Below, piece by piece: positions 1 through 8,123 of a DNA stretch of 64,000 bases. This stretch comes from a virus (lineage: Duplodnaviria; Caudoviricetes). Both the position numbers and the translations under genes were made by a program. Each line of letters begins with the position of its first letter. The first letter of the stretch is position 1. The notes beneath the pieces are model-generated. The model was not told the origin of the DNA. It made no database searches and was given only the letters and a program-made list of their open reading frames with translations. The stretch covers positions 1 to 64,000 of IMG/VR virus record IMGVR_UViG_2706795039_000001; one strand, given 5' to 3'.

Positions 1-31
1 ACGTGAGGGTGGGTCTATAGGTGGATGCAAG

Positions 32-46
32 TGATAATTAGTCTCA
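32..46. promoter_or_regulatory. Fur-box-like 7-1-7 inverted repeat
   Basis: TGATAAT-T-AGTCTCA, 2 mismatches to TGATAAT-N-ATTATCA. Confidence 0.45.
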
Positions 47-65
47 TTACCGCCCTACCCTATGA

Positions 66-101
66 GCTGTACAGGTATTTGCTACCTGTACAGCTTTTTT
101 A
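66..101. terminator. Intrinsic terminator-like hairpin downstream of dmp
   Basis: GCTGTACAGGTA/TACCTGTACAGC perfect stem with adjacent T run. Confidence 0.6.
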
Positions 102-132
102 TTGCTTTTAACCTAGAAGCTGTACAAACAGT

Positions 133-762
133 TTATAGGTTATCGACGAACTCAGGGAACAAAACGCAGTTCGCAGTGAGCGCATCCTCAATAAGCGACT
201 CGTACAGTTGAACGGTATCTTCTTCACCTTGGCGGTACATGTCGGATAGTTGCATCTCTAACACTTGGTTTAAGATTTTGGCATCAATCACCGTGATACC
301 CATGTTAGCCGCTTCACGTAGTACACCGTTATGATCATCAAATAGGTGGTACTCAGCATTGGGGAAGGATTTAAAAACATGCTCGAACCAAGCGCGCTTG
401 TATTCGGCATCGCCTAGCCCGTACAGCTTTTGTCCTTGTTCGATTCCGAATACATCGCACAAACGATCACGACTTAGGTGGATGTTAGCGCGTAATCCGT
501 TTTTGCGTAGGTAGTAGTAATCACTCTCCCCACAATGGCGAGCTGTCACAGTGATCACCGTTTCACCTTCTGCGATAAGCTTACGCATATACTCGGCGAG
601 AGGTAACAGGCTATCGCCCATTATCTTTTCATGTGTACAAGCTTCCGCTACATACTTAGCAAGGTCTAAGTCGCCATTAGGACGCTTGCAAGGATCAACA
701 CGGTGATCGGAATTGATAACGGTTTGGTCAAGATCAAACATGTAAACAATTTTCTTTTTCAT
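133..762 (-). CDS. dmp: Deoxynucleoside-5'-monophosphatase (HAD family), T5 pre-early
   Basis: HAD motif FDLDQT and C-terminal FDDH; first gene of the T5-like FST region. Confidence 0.8.
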   Translation of the reverse strand: MKKKIVYMFDLDQTVINSDHRVDPCKRPNGDLDLAKYVAEACTHEKIMGDSLLPLAEYMRKLIAEGETVITVTARHCGESDYYYLRKNGLRANIHLSRDRLCDVFGIEQGQKLYGLGDAEYKRAWFEHVFKSFPNAEYHLFDDHNGVLREAANMGITVIDAKILNQVLEMQLSDMYRQGEEDTVQLYESLIEDALTANCVLFPEFVDNL

Positions 763-820
763 TGGTACTTTCTCTCAATTAGTGAGGTTAGGGGTTAAAG
801 CGCCCGAAAGCGCTTTTCAG

Positions 821-836
821 TGTTTCACGTGGAACA
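821..836. promoter_or_regulatory. parS (chromosomal parS1-type) site
   Basis: TGTTTCACGTGGAACA, intergenic. Confidence 0.8.
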
Positions 837-1112
837 CTACTCAGTGAAGGTGATAGAGCAGTTGACCGGACGGGTTAAGACAATGTTGTCAGGTAGATCG
901 CCGTAGTTACCTGCGTAATCAATCTTACCGCTTGACGCATCGAATATAATCAATTCGTCTTCGTCTGCCGCAAATACAGCGAAAGCGTTGTTATCTTGGT
1001 AGATAGCTAGGTAAGCGCGATTGCTGCACTCACGGGGTACACCACTTGCGCAAGTGATTTGGATCGGAGTAAATCCTTTTTTAACATCAATAGTGTTTTC
1101 GACCTTAATCAT
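837..1112 (-). CDS. Hypothetical pre-early protein
   Basis: ORF with GGAG SD in the pre-early operon. Confidence 0.75.
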   Translation of the reverse strand: MIKVENTIDVKKGFTPIQITCASGVPRECSNRAYLAIYQDNNAFAVFAADEDELIIFDASSGKIDYAGNYGDLPDNIVLTRPVNCSITFTE

Positions 1113-1168
1113 TTCTTAACTCTCCTAATATCTCAGGGTTAAGGGCTAGGGACTACCTAGCCCGATTG

Positions 1169-1183
1169 ATTTACAGTGTAAAT
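1169..1183. promoter_or_regulatory. parS2 (Vibrio chromosome II-type) site
   Basis: ATTTACAGTGTAAAT matches NTTTACANTGTAAAN. Confidence 0.75.
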
Positions 1184-2896
1184 TTATGAACGGGTTAGCG
1201 CTTGCACTTTCAGCAATTGCACCGCACCATTAGGATGAATGATCATGTTAGCCTGATCCCAGCTAGAAGCACCGCCACGGTTATAACCTTGATCAAGCTT
1301 CGCCATAACGCCGACCACAAAGCAGAAGTCAAGGATCATAGGTGAGTGAGTATGACCTGAGCACATAAGAACTAGCCAACGGTTAAACAGTGCCGCCCCA
1401 CCGTGAGATCCGTTCTGGCCTTTGTGACCATGTTGCGATAGCTCAATACCGTACTGCGTGAAGCTTTGAGCCATTGAGCCGAAAACAATATTATCGGCCA
1501 TTGGTGGCAGGTCTAACATTGAGATCGCATCTTTGAAGGCTACTTCTAGCGCTGTTTTGTCGATACCAGAATCTAACGCCTCACAGATAAAATAGTTAAG
1601 GAGGTAGTATAGTTTGCTGTTTTCTGGATCGTGTTTTGGCGAGTAACTAGAATCATCAAGCCAGTTGTCGAGCGCTGAATTGTGATTAGATTCTACAATG
1701 TAGACCATATCAGTTAACTCTGCTAACTCGTTCAATTGGTCGATCACTTTGAATAGGTCATCAAGGACACTCGCACCGTTTATATGCATCTTGTACAAGT
1801 GTTTGCCTGACTTGCGGTTATGGTGGCTGCGAGTTTCGAAGTGTAGAATATCGTGAACAGCAATAACTACCGGCTTTTGACCAATATCGATCAAGTTGCT
1901 GATCATGTGGCAAGTGGTATCGAAAGCGTGTTCGTCTTGCATTTCACAATGCAAATCACCAAGCACCAAGCACGGACGGTTAGCCAGTAGGTTAGGCGTA
2001 GCTGCTACGTTGTACAGGTTGACGCCATCATCATTAAACACGTTGTTATCAATGAAAAGGGATAGAGAGCCGTCTACGCCTTCACGGAGGTTAGTGATAT
2101 TGATGAAATCGCCTTTAATCTCTACTAGAAGCGCTCCGAATACGTGAGCTTTTTCGGCGTCAACGCCTGCACCGCTTTGCAGGTAGTTGTATTTCGTACA
2201 ACTGCCAGTTGTCCACGCTTGGCTGATTGGCTGATTTGGTAGACGTGGGCGCGTTTTCATCTGCTGCTTAGGGCTTGCCAGTACCGTTGCCAGTTCGCCC
2301 ACACCTAGTTGCTCCGCTTTGTTAACTGGCAGTTTCACAGTAGGTAAAACGTGGGCACTAGCCATTAGGCGCACACCATACTCGAACCCTAACCATACAT
2401 CATCCTCGATTAGATAGGGCTTAACCTTCGCGTCGAAGTATGCTTTTTCGTCTTCTACCGCTGCACTGAAAGCCGCTTTATTGTAGTAGACAGGCATAAC
2501 AACCAATGCCGCATCGATCTGATTAGCTAGCGCTTCGAGCTTGTCAAAGAATGCCGCCGTTCCTGTATTGTTTTGCGCTGAGGTGATCAGGAAGCGAGAT
2601 CCGGTTATGGTTTCCATTGCTGCGATCCGCTTCTCGGCATCGCCTAGCATGGCGTCAGCTTCTAGCTTGTTGCTAGGCTGCTTTTTGTCTGCCGACTTCG
2701 CCTGTTTGATAGGGCGGTTTTCTTCTAGCCAGTTAACTAGATCCGCGCTAGTTAAGTCGTTCTGAGTTAGACCTAACTGGCCTAGAATCTTATCAGCAAC
2801 GGCTAATTTTGATTCACGCTTGAACTTGCCCCAGAAATTGTCGTCTTTTGCAAGGCGGATCAAGTTGTCGTGTTGTGCTTTAATAACTTTGTTCAT
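1184..2896 (-). CDS. A1: A1 protein (host DNA degradation / second-step transfer; metallophosphoesterase-like C-terminal half)
   Basis: ~570 aa from likely ATG 2896; motifs GDLH, HD, SNH, HGH, GHTH; position between dmp and A2. Confidence 0.85.
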   Translation of the reverse strand: MNKVIKAQHDNLIRLAKDDNFWGKFKRESKLAVADKILGQLGLTQNDLTSADLVNWLEENRPIKQAKSADKKQPSNKLEADAMLGDAEKRIAAMETITGSRFLITSAQNNTGTAAFFDKLEALANQIDAALVVMPVYYNKAAFSAAVEDEKAYFDAKVKPYLIEDDVWLGFEYGVRLMASAHVLPTVKLPVNKAEQLGVGELATVLASPKQQMKTRPRLPNQPISQAWTTGSCTKYNYLQSGAGVDAEKAHVFGALLVEIKGDFINITNLREGVDGSLSLFIDNNVFNDDGVNLYNVAATPNLLANRPCLVLGDLHCEMQDEHAFDTTCHMISNLIDIGQKPVVIAVHDILHFETRSHHNRKSGKHLYKMHINGASVLDDLFKVIDQLNELAELTDMVYIVESNHNSALDNWLDDSSYSPKHDPENSKLYYLLNYFICEALDSGIDKTALEVAFKDAISMLDLPPMADNIVFGSMAQSFTQYGIELSQHGHKGQNGSHGGAALFNRWLVLMCSGHTHSPMILDFCFVVGVMAKLDQGYNRGGASSWDQANMIIHPNGAVQLLKVQALTRS

Positions 2897-2933
2897 AATT
2901 ACAAGTCTCACTATTTAAGTGGTTAGGGTTTAG

Positions 2934-2949
2934 TGTTTCACGTGAAACA
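2934..2949. promoter_or_regulatory. parS (chromosomal parS1-type) site, perfect palindrome
   Basis: TGTTTCACGTGAAACA. Confidence 0.85.
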
Positions 2950-2953
2950 CTTG

Positions 2954-2968
2954 ATTTACAGTGTAAAC
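2954..2968. promoter_or_regulatory. parS2-type site
   Basis: ATTTACAGTGTAAAC. Confidence 0.75.
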
Positions 2969-2982
2969 TGATACCAGAAACA

Positions 2983-2997
2983 ATTTACACTGTAAAT
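2983..2997. promoter_or_regulatory. parS2-type site
   Basis: ATTTACACTGTAAAT. Confidence 0.75.
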
Positions 2998-3032
2998 CAC
3001 TGGCAGGGCTAACCCTGCCAGTGAACCGGATG

Positions 3033-3524
3033 TTAGGCTACTTGTTCGCTGAGAGCTTCGCCTAAGTCGTCAAAGTCAACGCCATGATAGGCCATAAAGC
3101 GCTGTACTAGCTCGACCTTGCTGATAGTGTAGCCCTTAGCCGCAGATCCCATAACGTCAGTGACCCCGAAAGCCTTAGTTACGGCGTCAAGGCTGTCAAC
3201 CTTGGAATTTTTGAAGCTGTCTAGAACTTCTTCGTCTAAGCCTAGGCAATTAGACAGGGCACGCAGGTAATGCTCTTTGCGCAACTGGTTGCCTTTTGGT
3301 AGGCTTGCCGTCACTTCTGGCTTGACGTAGACGCCCAAAATCGCCAATTTACCACGGACTGACTTGTCAGAAGGCGCACCAATTTTCTTAGCTAGGCTAG
3401 TAAGAAAATCGTTATCGGCTGCCGCTGCCGCCCCTTCCGCTTCGAGCTTCTCTTTGTAAGCTGCGACCACAAGCGCGGTGTTCTCTTCTGACCATACTTT
3501 TGCTTTTTTATCTTGTGTAGACAT
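3033..3524 (-). CDS. A2: A2 DNA-binding protein (second-step transfer)
   Basis: Likely start ATG 3524 after GAGG SD; WSEENT...SVRGKL...GVYVK and RKEHY motifs as in T5 A2. Confidence 0.8.
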   Translation of the reverse strand: MSTQDKKAKVWSEENTALVVAAYKEKLEAEGAAAAADNDFLTSLAKKIGAPSDKSVRGKLAILGVYVKPEVTASLPKGNQLRKEHYLRALSNCLGLDEEVLDSFKNSKVDSLDAVTKAFGVTDVMGSAAKGYTISKVELVQRFMAYHGVDFDDLGEALSEQVA

Positions 3525-3613
3525 AGTTTCATATCCTCTATTAGATAGGTTAGTGTTGTTGAGAGTGATTCTCAAATAAGGCATTCTATAGAATGCCTTA
3601 TTGGATACCACTA

Positions 3614-3910
3614 TTAATTAACGGTAGTACCTTTGTTTTCATCCGTCCAACGTGATTTTACACGGGCTACATCTGACAGGGGATAAGAGTAAACGCAAAT
3701 ATCACCGCTATTGTCAAGCGCTTTCGCTACGACGTCCACTGTACCTTCGCTGATATGATAATCATATGGCGCGTCAAAGGTTTGGCCTTCTGTATCGAAG
3801 GTTGGAGACAATTCCAGACCACGGGTCTTTGCCGCAGCTTTGATTTGCTCGCGCGCTTCTGGCTTAAACAGGATAGAGACAGAGACTAGGATCTTGTTGC
3901 GCATATTCAT
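3614..3910 (-). CDS. Pre-early hypothetical protein
   Basis: ORF with GAGG SD upstream of A2; YSYPLSDVARVK C-terminus. Confidence 0.75.
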   Translation of the reverse strand: MNMRNKILVSVSILFKPEAREQIKAAAKTRGLELSPTFDTEGQTFDAPYDYHISEGTVDVVAKALDNSGDICVYSYPLSDVARVKSRWTDENKGTTVN

Positions 3911-4038
3911 GTTGTATTTCCTCTATTGATTAGGTTAGTTGAGAATGTTTCTCAAATAGGGCACTGTCGTTAATCAATGCCCTAACGGATAACACTAGGA
4001 ACGTAAGCAATGAGTCACAAAGCAACATCTTTCCAAAT

Positions 4039-4085
4039 TGTTAAAGAACGGTGGGAAGAGTAACGGATAACTAAACTACTGTCAA
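4039..4085 (-). promoter_or_regulatory. Pre-early sigma70 promoter followed by boxA
   Basis: TTGACA(4085-4080)-17 bp-TACTCT, then CGTTCTTTAACA (4050-4039). Confidence 0.65.
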
Positions 4086-4295
4086 CCACTTTTTTCTACC
4101 CTATCGAGCTAGGCCGTTGCCCCTCTCGATGTAAGAAATATTAAGATAACCGGACTAACTATTCTAATCGTTTAAATCTATTAGTTAAGTCGATTTTGCA
4201 AGGTTTTGCCTATCACCAATTTTTGGCCTTAATTATAAGGAACGGGCGCACGCGATAACATAAAAACAAAGTCCTGTCAAACATTTTTAAAAATA

Positions 4296-4311
4296 CTGTA
4301 TAAATATACAT
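4296..4311. promoter_or_regulatory. LexA (SOS) box, 1 mismatch
   Basis: CTGTATAAATATACAT. Confidence 0.55.
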
Positions 4312-4414
4312 GCCCCTAAAACGCTCTAGGAAGCGTTTTAAGCGATTTTAGGGCTAAGCCCTACCTTAGCATTAAAAACATTATTTGGCGATTTTACAAT
4401 TTTTTAACAAAAAT

Positions 4415-4430
4415 TGGCACGCTCCTTGCT
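4415..4430 (+). promoter_or_regulatory. sigma54 (-24/-12) motif
   Basis: TGGCACGCTCCTTGCT = TGGCACG-N4-TTGC. Confidence 0.6.
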
Positions 4431-4530
4431 AGAAGAAAATGGTTATATCTTATAGCTTTTTGTTATTTGAAAAGGTATTAAAAGGGGGTATAGTTACCTT
4501 ACTTGAGAACGGGCTAGGGAGCTAACCAAA

Positions 4531-4602
4531 ATGGAAGAGATCATTTTATCAGGGGTATTCTTGATTGCTGTATTTATCGGGCTATACCCTCATTTTAAAT
4601 AA
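4531..4602 (+). CDS. 23-aa hydrophobic peptide
   Basis: GGAG SD; MEEIILSGVFLIAVFIGLYPHFK; below the ORF-track cutoff. Confidence 0.5.
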   Translation: MEEIILSGVFLIAVFIGLYPHFK

Positions 4603-4614
4603 GAGGTTGACACT

Positions 4615-4734
4615 ATGTATAGAGTCGTCTATTATTGCGGAGCTTGGCAGGTAACACACCGAGCAACAGGAAATACCACTGTTAGGGTATCTTTACATGA
4701 TGCCCTATCTAGTATCATTGACCAATTGAATTGA
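4615..4734 (+). CDS. 39-aa hypothetical protein
   Basis: GAGG SD; MYRVVYYCGAWQVTHR... Confidence 0.55.
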   Translation: MYRVVYYCGAWQVTHRATGNTTVRVSLHDALSSIIDQLN

Positions 4735-4745
4735 GGTTTTAAATC

Positions 4746-5105
4746 ATGGCTAAAGTAAGCTTCACCAAACAAACCACTTCCTACACTACTGATGAGATAG
4801 TGCAACTAGTTGCGGATCGCTTCGATGGTGGTGATAACATCATCCGCATGGCTGCTGTATGGGAGAACGAAACGATCCTCTTGCTGGCTGACAGCACTGA
4901 CGCGGTACTGATCAACCTAGACGACACTCAGCCAGTTTTTAGCGTTAGCTCTGACTGTCTGACCTCGCAGGTTAGAAACTCAACGGTTTTGGGGGATGAC
5001 CGTAAGCATTATATTTGGGAAGCTTTCAATGAGTCATACCTAGGCAATTGTCCGCTAACTTGGCAGCCGGTCGAGCTAGTAGCTTGTGAATTGCGTTATA
5101 TTTAA
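4746..5105 (+). CDS. Hypothetical pre-early protein
   Basis: ORF with GAGG SD. Confidence 0.75.
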   Translation: MAKVSFTKQTTSYTTDEIVQLVADRFDGGDNIIRMAAVWENETILLLADSTDAVLINLDDTQPVFSVSSDCLTSQVRNSTVLGDDRKHYIWEAFNESYLGNCPLTWQPVELVACELRYI

Positions 5106-5119
5106 GGGAGTGCAACAAG

Positions 5120-5560
5120 ATGCATAACTTAGCTAACATCTTAGCAGATCTAGGCTATAAACCTAGTATCACATCCGTGGTGGTTGAGGTCGAGTATTCA
5201 ACTGGCTACTGTCAGGAAGACAGAACCGAACTAGATCACCTACCCGTGGAAGATGTAGAGCTACATCCAGACCACGGATCGGATGTGATCACCGTTAGCC
5301 CTTCCGGTGCAGTGTACCTACAGGAGACAGCTAATAGTCACGCTGAATCATACGGACACTATGTAGGCTCTCCCGATGAGGACGAGGAAGACGGGGAAGA
5401 GTACGAAGGCGGCGACTGGCACGCCAAACTGTACACCAATTCAGAGACGCCCAACGTTGTGGGTGATAGCCTATGGCATACGCTAGAACATCTACCTAAA
5501 GAGGAGTCAGGTCTGGCCTGTGACCTCTGGCTTGTGCTAGGGACAGAAATTGTGGATTAG
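5120..5560 (+). CDS. Acidic hypothetical pre-early protein
   Basis: ORF with SD; very D/E-rich. Confidence 0.75.
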   Translation: MHNLANILADLGYKPSITSVVVEVEYSTGYCQEDRTELDHLPVEDVELHPDHGSDVITVSPSGAVYLQETANSHAESYGHYVGSPDEDEEDGEEYEGGDWHAKLYTNSETPNVVGDSLWHTLEHLPKEESGLACDLWLVLGTEIVD

Positions 5561-5576
5561 GTCACAAAAATAATGC

Positions 5577-5605
5577 TTGCGTTATTTTTGGTAATGACCT
5601 ATTAT
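5577..5605 (+). promoter_or_regulatory. sigma70 promoter
   Basis: TTGCGT-17 bp-TATTAT. Confidence 0.5.
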
Positions 5606-5661
5606 TCGTCTTGTGGGATGCAATACCGCATCCCACTAACCACCGCTAGGAGATAGCGAGA

Positions 5662-6159
5662 ATGAGTAAGATTAAAGTTGGTGATCTATGTTTTGTTCGT
5701 GGCCGCTGCAAAGACAGCAACGGCAAGCTAGTAACCGTGTTACGCCGAGAGTTTTCGGAATTTTACGTTAGTTCGCCCGACCTATACGCAGGGGAGGAAC
5801 TACATTGCTATGAAAACGAACTGGTTTTAGCTAATTGGGCGGTCTGGACTAAGGAACCACCAATCAGTGACTTCTACAAATGCGATCAGACCACCGCCGC
5901 AAACGTGCGTCTTTTAAAGGCTGTTACCTTCCTGAAAAATCAGGAACTACAGTTTCCGATTCTTAACACTATTAGGGGTTATGATGTAGTAGAACAGCAC
6001 TTTAAAAATAAGGTTGTCACCTACGCTGCCGCTTTTGTCGAAGGTGCGGCAAATGCTGGGGGACTGTACTATGACGCTAGGCTTCAACTTCTAACGTGGT
6101 ACGCCATTTTTAACGGTGCGGTATTCCGTAACGGTTATTTAGTGGGGTTAGGGGAATGA
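5662..6159 (+). CDS. Hypothetical pre-early protein
   Basis: AGGAG SD; N-terminal KVGD SH3-like start. Confidence 0.75.
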   Translation: MSKIKVGDLCFVRGRCKDSNGKLVTVLRREFSEFYVSSPDLYAGEELHCYENELVLANWAVWTKEPPISDFYKCDQTTAANVRLLKAVTFLKNQELQFPILNTIRGYDVVEQHFKNKVVTYAAAFVEGAANAGGLYYDARLQLLTWYAIFNGAVFRNGYLVGLGE

Positions 6160-6536
6160 AAACAATTATCATTCAGTACCTAGAAGCGATCCTTGCCAAT
6201 CGTGCAACGATTGAACAGATCGACGCTGATATTTTTAGCGGTAAGCTTGACTACGACCAATACCTGACCCAATTGGGAGGGGATTTCTTCTTGGATCGTG
6301 ACGTTGGTCTATGTAATAATATAGGGCTACAGCTCACGGAGGAACATCATTTTACAAACCTGTTTTATTGGTTTGTAAAATCCCACGACTTAGATCCTCA
6401 CTATCCGGTGTATCATCCTAGCGGTAATCGCTTCGCCTATACTAAGTCATGTTTGCCAAAATGGTCGGGCGAGTACGGGAATACCCGCTTCCAATTTGTT
6501 GAGAATTTTCTCAATTGGTTAAAGGAGTGTGCTTAA
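6156..6536 (+). CDS. Hypothetical pre-early protein
   Basis: ATGA-coupled ORF. Confidence 0.75.
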   Translation: MKTIIIQYLEAILANRATIEQIDADIFSGKLDYDQYLTQLGGDFFLDRDVGLCNNIGLQLTEEHHFTNLFYWFVKSHDLDPHYPVYHPSGNRFAYTKSCLPKWSGEYGNTRFQFVENFLNWLKECA

Positions 6537-6748
6537 TGAGCTTGCTAGAAGGTCTACAGGATGTAGCGGAAGCGCTGCGCGAGGGCGCTTACATCCACGC
6601 CCAACAAGATCTAGAATCATTGGTCTGTATGGCCAATGATCAAACAATCCGTCAATGGTTGGTCAACGCTATCACTAGTGCAAGCGTTGGCGATTGTTCA
6701 ACAGCGCTAACCTATGTTAGCGCTGCTATACGTAAGCTAGGGGGTTAA
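6536..6748 (+). CDS. Hypothetical pre-early protein
   Basis: TAATG coupling; start ATG 6536 with AAGGAG SD. Confidence 0.7.
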   Translation: MSLLEGLQDVAEALREGAYIHAQQDLESLVCMANDQTIRQWLVNAITSASVGDCSTALTYVSAAIRKLGG

Positions 6749-6750
6749 GT

Positions 6751-6996
6751 ATGCTTACTAACCGTATTATTAGCGCCACCGCCAACGCATATCTAGATGC
6801 CGTGGCACGTGAAGTGGATCAGGGGCAGTATCACATAAAGTATCGTGGTGTCTTTGTTGACGATATAATGAAACTTGAGGATCACAAATACGTGATCTAT
6901 CTAGCCTACCTGAACGACGAAGAGATCCGAACTGAAGGGATGACAGTCGGGGAGCTGGTTAGCTTAATGGGCGACTTCTCAGTGGTGATAGAGTGA
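6751..6996 (+). CDS. Hypothetical pre-early protein
   Basis: ORF in operon. Confidence 0.7.
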   Translation: MLTNRIISATANAYLDAVAREVDQGQYHIKYRGVFVDDIMKLEDHKYVIYLAYLNDEEIRTEGMTVGELVSLMGDFSVVIE

Positions 6997-7097
6997 GTTG
7001 GCTACTCTTCACTAGCGACCACGGCCTAACTAGCTTCTTCTATATCTGGTTAGGTTTGATGGTGGTTGTGGGGATTTATGAAAGTGTTACAGGGTAA
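6993..7097 (+). CDS. 34-aa membrane peptide
   Basis: GTGA-coupled; hydrophobic FFYIWLGLMVVVGIY. Confidence 0.45.
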   Translation: MSWLLFTSDHGLTSFFYIWLGLMVVVGIYESVTG

Positions 7098-7117
7098 CGG
7101 AAGTTACCCTGTTTTTT
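7090..7117 (+). terminator. Intrinsic terminator of the rightward pre-early operon
   Basis: CAGGGTAAC-GGAA-GTTACCCTG + T6. Confidence 0.8.
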
Positions 7118-7228
7118 GCCCACTACCTAGAAAGCCCTTACTTTAGTACCTGCCAAACACTAAAACCTCTCACAAGCGCTTACAGCGCGTTTTAGGGGGT
7201 ATCAGAATATCCATCTACCCAATAACCA

Positions 7229-7244
7229 CTGTATAAATATACAG
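7229..7244. promoter_or_regulatory. Perfect LexA box
   Basis: CTGTATAAATATACAG; 1-mismatch copy at 7300-7315. Confidence 0.7.
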
Positions 7245-7266
7245 TGGTATAACCCTGTTAACTAAT

Positions 7267-7325
7267 TGTGGATAACCTTGTATAGAGCGTTTTAGAGGCA
7301 TGTATAAATATACAGTTGTGGATAA
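7267..7325 (-). promoter_or_regulatory. Two perfect DnaA boxes
   Basis: TGTGGATAA (=TTATCCACA) at 7267-7275 and 7317-7325. Confidence 0.75.
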
Positions 7326-7335
7326 CTTTTCGCTA

Positions 7336-7351
7336 TGCAATATCTGTGCCA
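7336..7351 (-). promoter_or_regulatory. sigma54 motif
   Basis: Reverse strand TGGCACAGATATTGCA. Confidence 0.55.
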
Positions 7352-7362
7352 TATTTTATTCT

Positions 7363-7489
7363 ATTAGCTAGAACTAATAAAGGTAAGGCTAAATTAGCTA
7401 GAACTAATAAAGGTAAGGCTAAATTAGCTAGAACTAATAAAGGTAAGGCTAAATTAGCTAGAACTAATAAAGGTAAGGCTAAATTAGCT
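7363..7489. repeat. 30-bp tandem repeat x4 plus partial
   Basis: ATTAGCTAGAACTAATAAAGGTAAGGCTAA. Confidence 0.95.
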
Positions 7490-7604
7490 GCGCGGGATAC
7501 CCGTCCCGCGCCAGTGCGAAACCGATGTGCAAAACCGACCCCATTTTACGTGTGCGCCAGTGCAAAACCGAGGTGCAAATCCGATTTTAAATTTTCTGGG
7601 GGTG

Positions 7605-7851
7605 TAGGTGCAAAACCGATATAGGTGCAAAACCGATATAGGTGCAAAACCGATATAGGTGCAAAACTGATATAGGTGCAAAACTGACACGGGGGTCGCG
7701 TCCAAGTTAGCCGCTTGCGGCGTGTAGGGACGCTAGCTGGGGATGTAGGTGCAAAACCGATATAGGTGCAAAACTGATATAGGTGCAAAACTGACACGGG
7801 GGTCGCGTCCAAGTTAGCCGCTTGCGGCGTGTAGGGACGCTAGCTGGGGAT
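7605..7851. repeat. 17-bp iteron-like repeats and a 107-bp-period duplication (injection-stop-like region)
   Basis: TAGGTGCAAAACYGATA x5 then x3; 7639-7744 repeated at 7746-7851. Confidence 0.9.
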
Positions 7852-8123
7852 ACTAGTTTGGGACGCTGTTTAGAGATGCTAGTTGGGGGACGCTAGTTGG
7901 TGGACGCTAGTTTGGGGACGCTAGGGCGGTTTTATTTGTATGGAAGGTTTAGGCAGTCTTGGTGAGGTTTGGGGCAGACTCATTTTATCTCTGCGCCCCC
8001 GGCCATTCGGGCCGGAGCCAGGATTGAAATTTTTTGGAGTTTTTGGGGGAATTTGCTGGTTTTGGTGGGTTGGGGGCAGGGTAGCAGAACTTAAAAATAC
8101 TTTTTTGCTGTTAGGTGGGGTTA

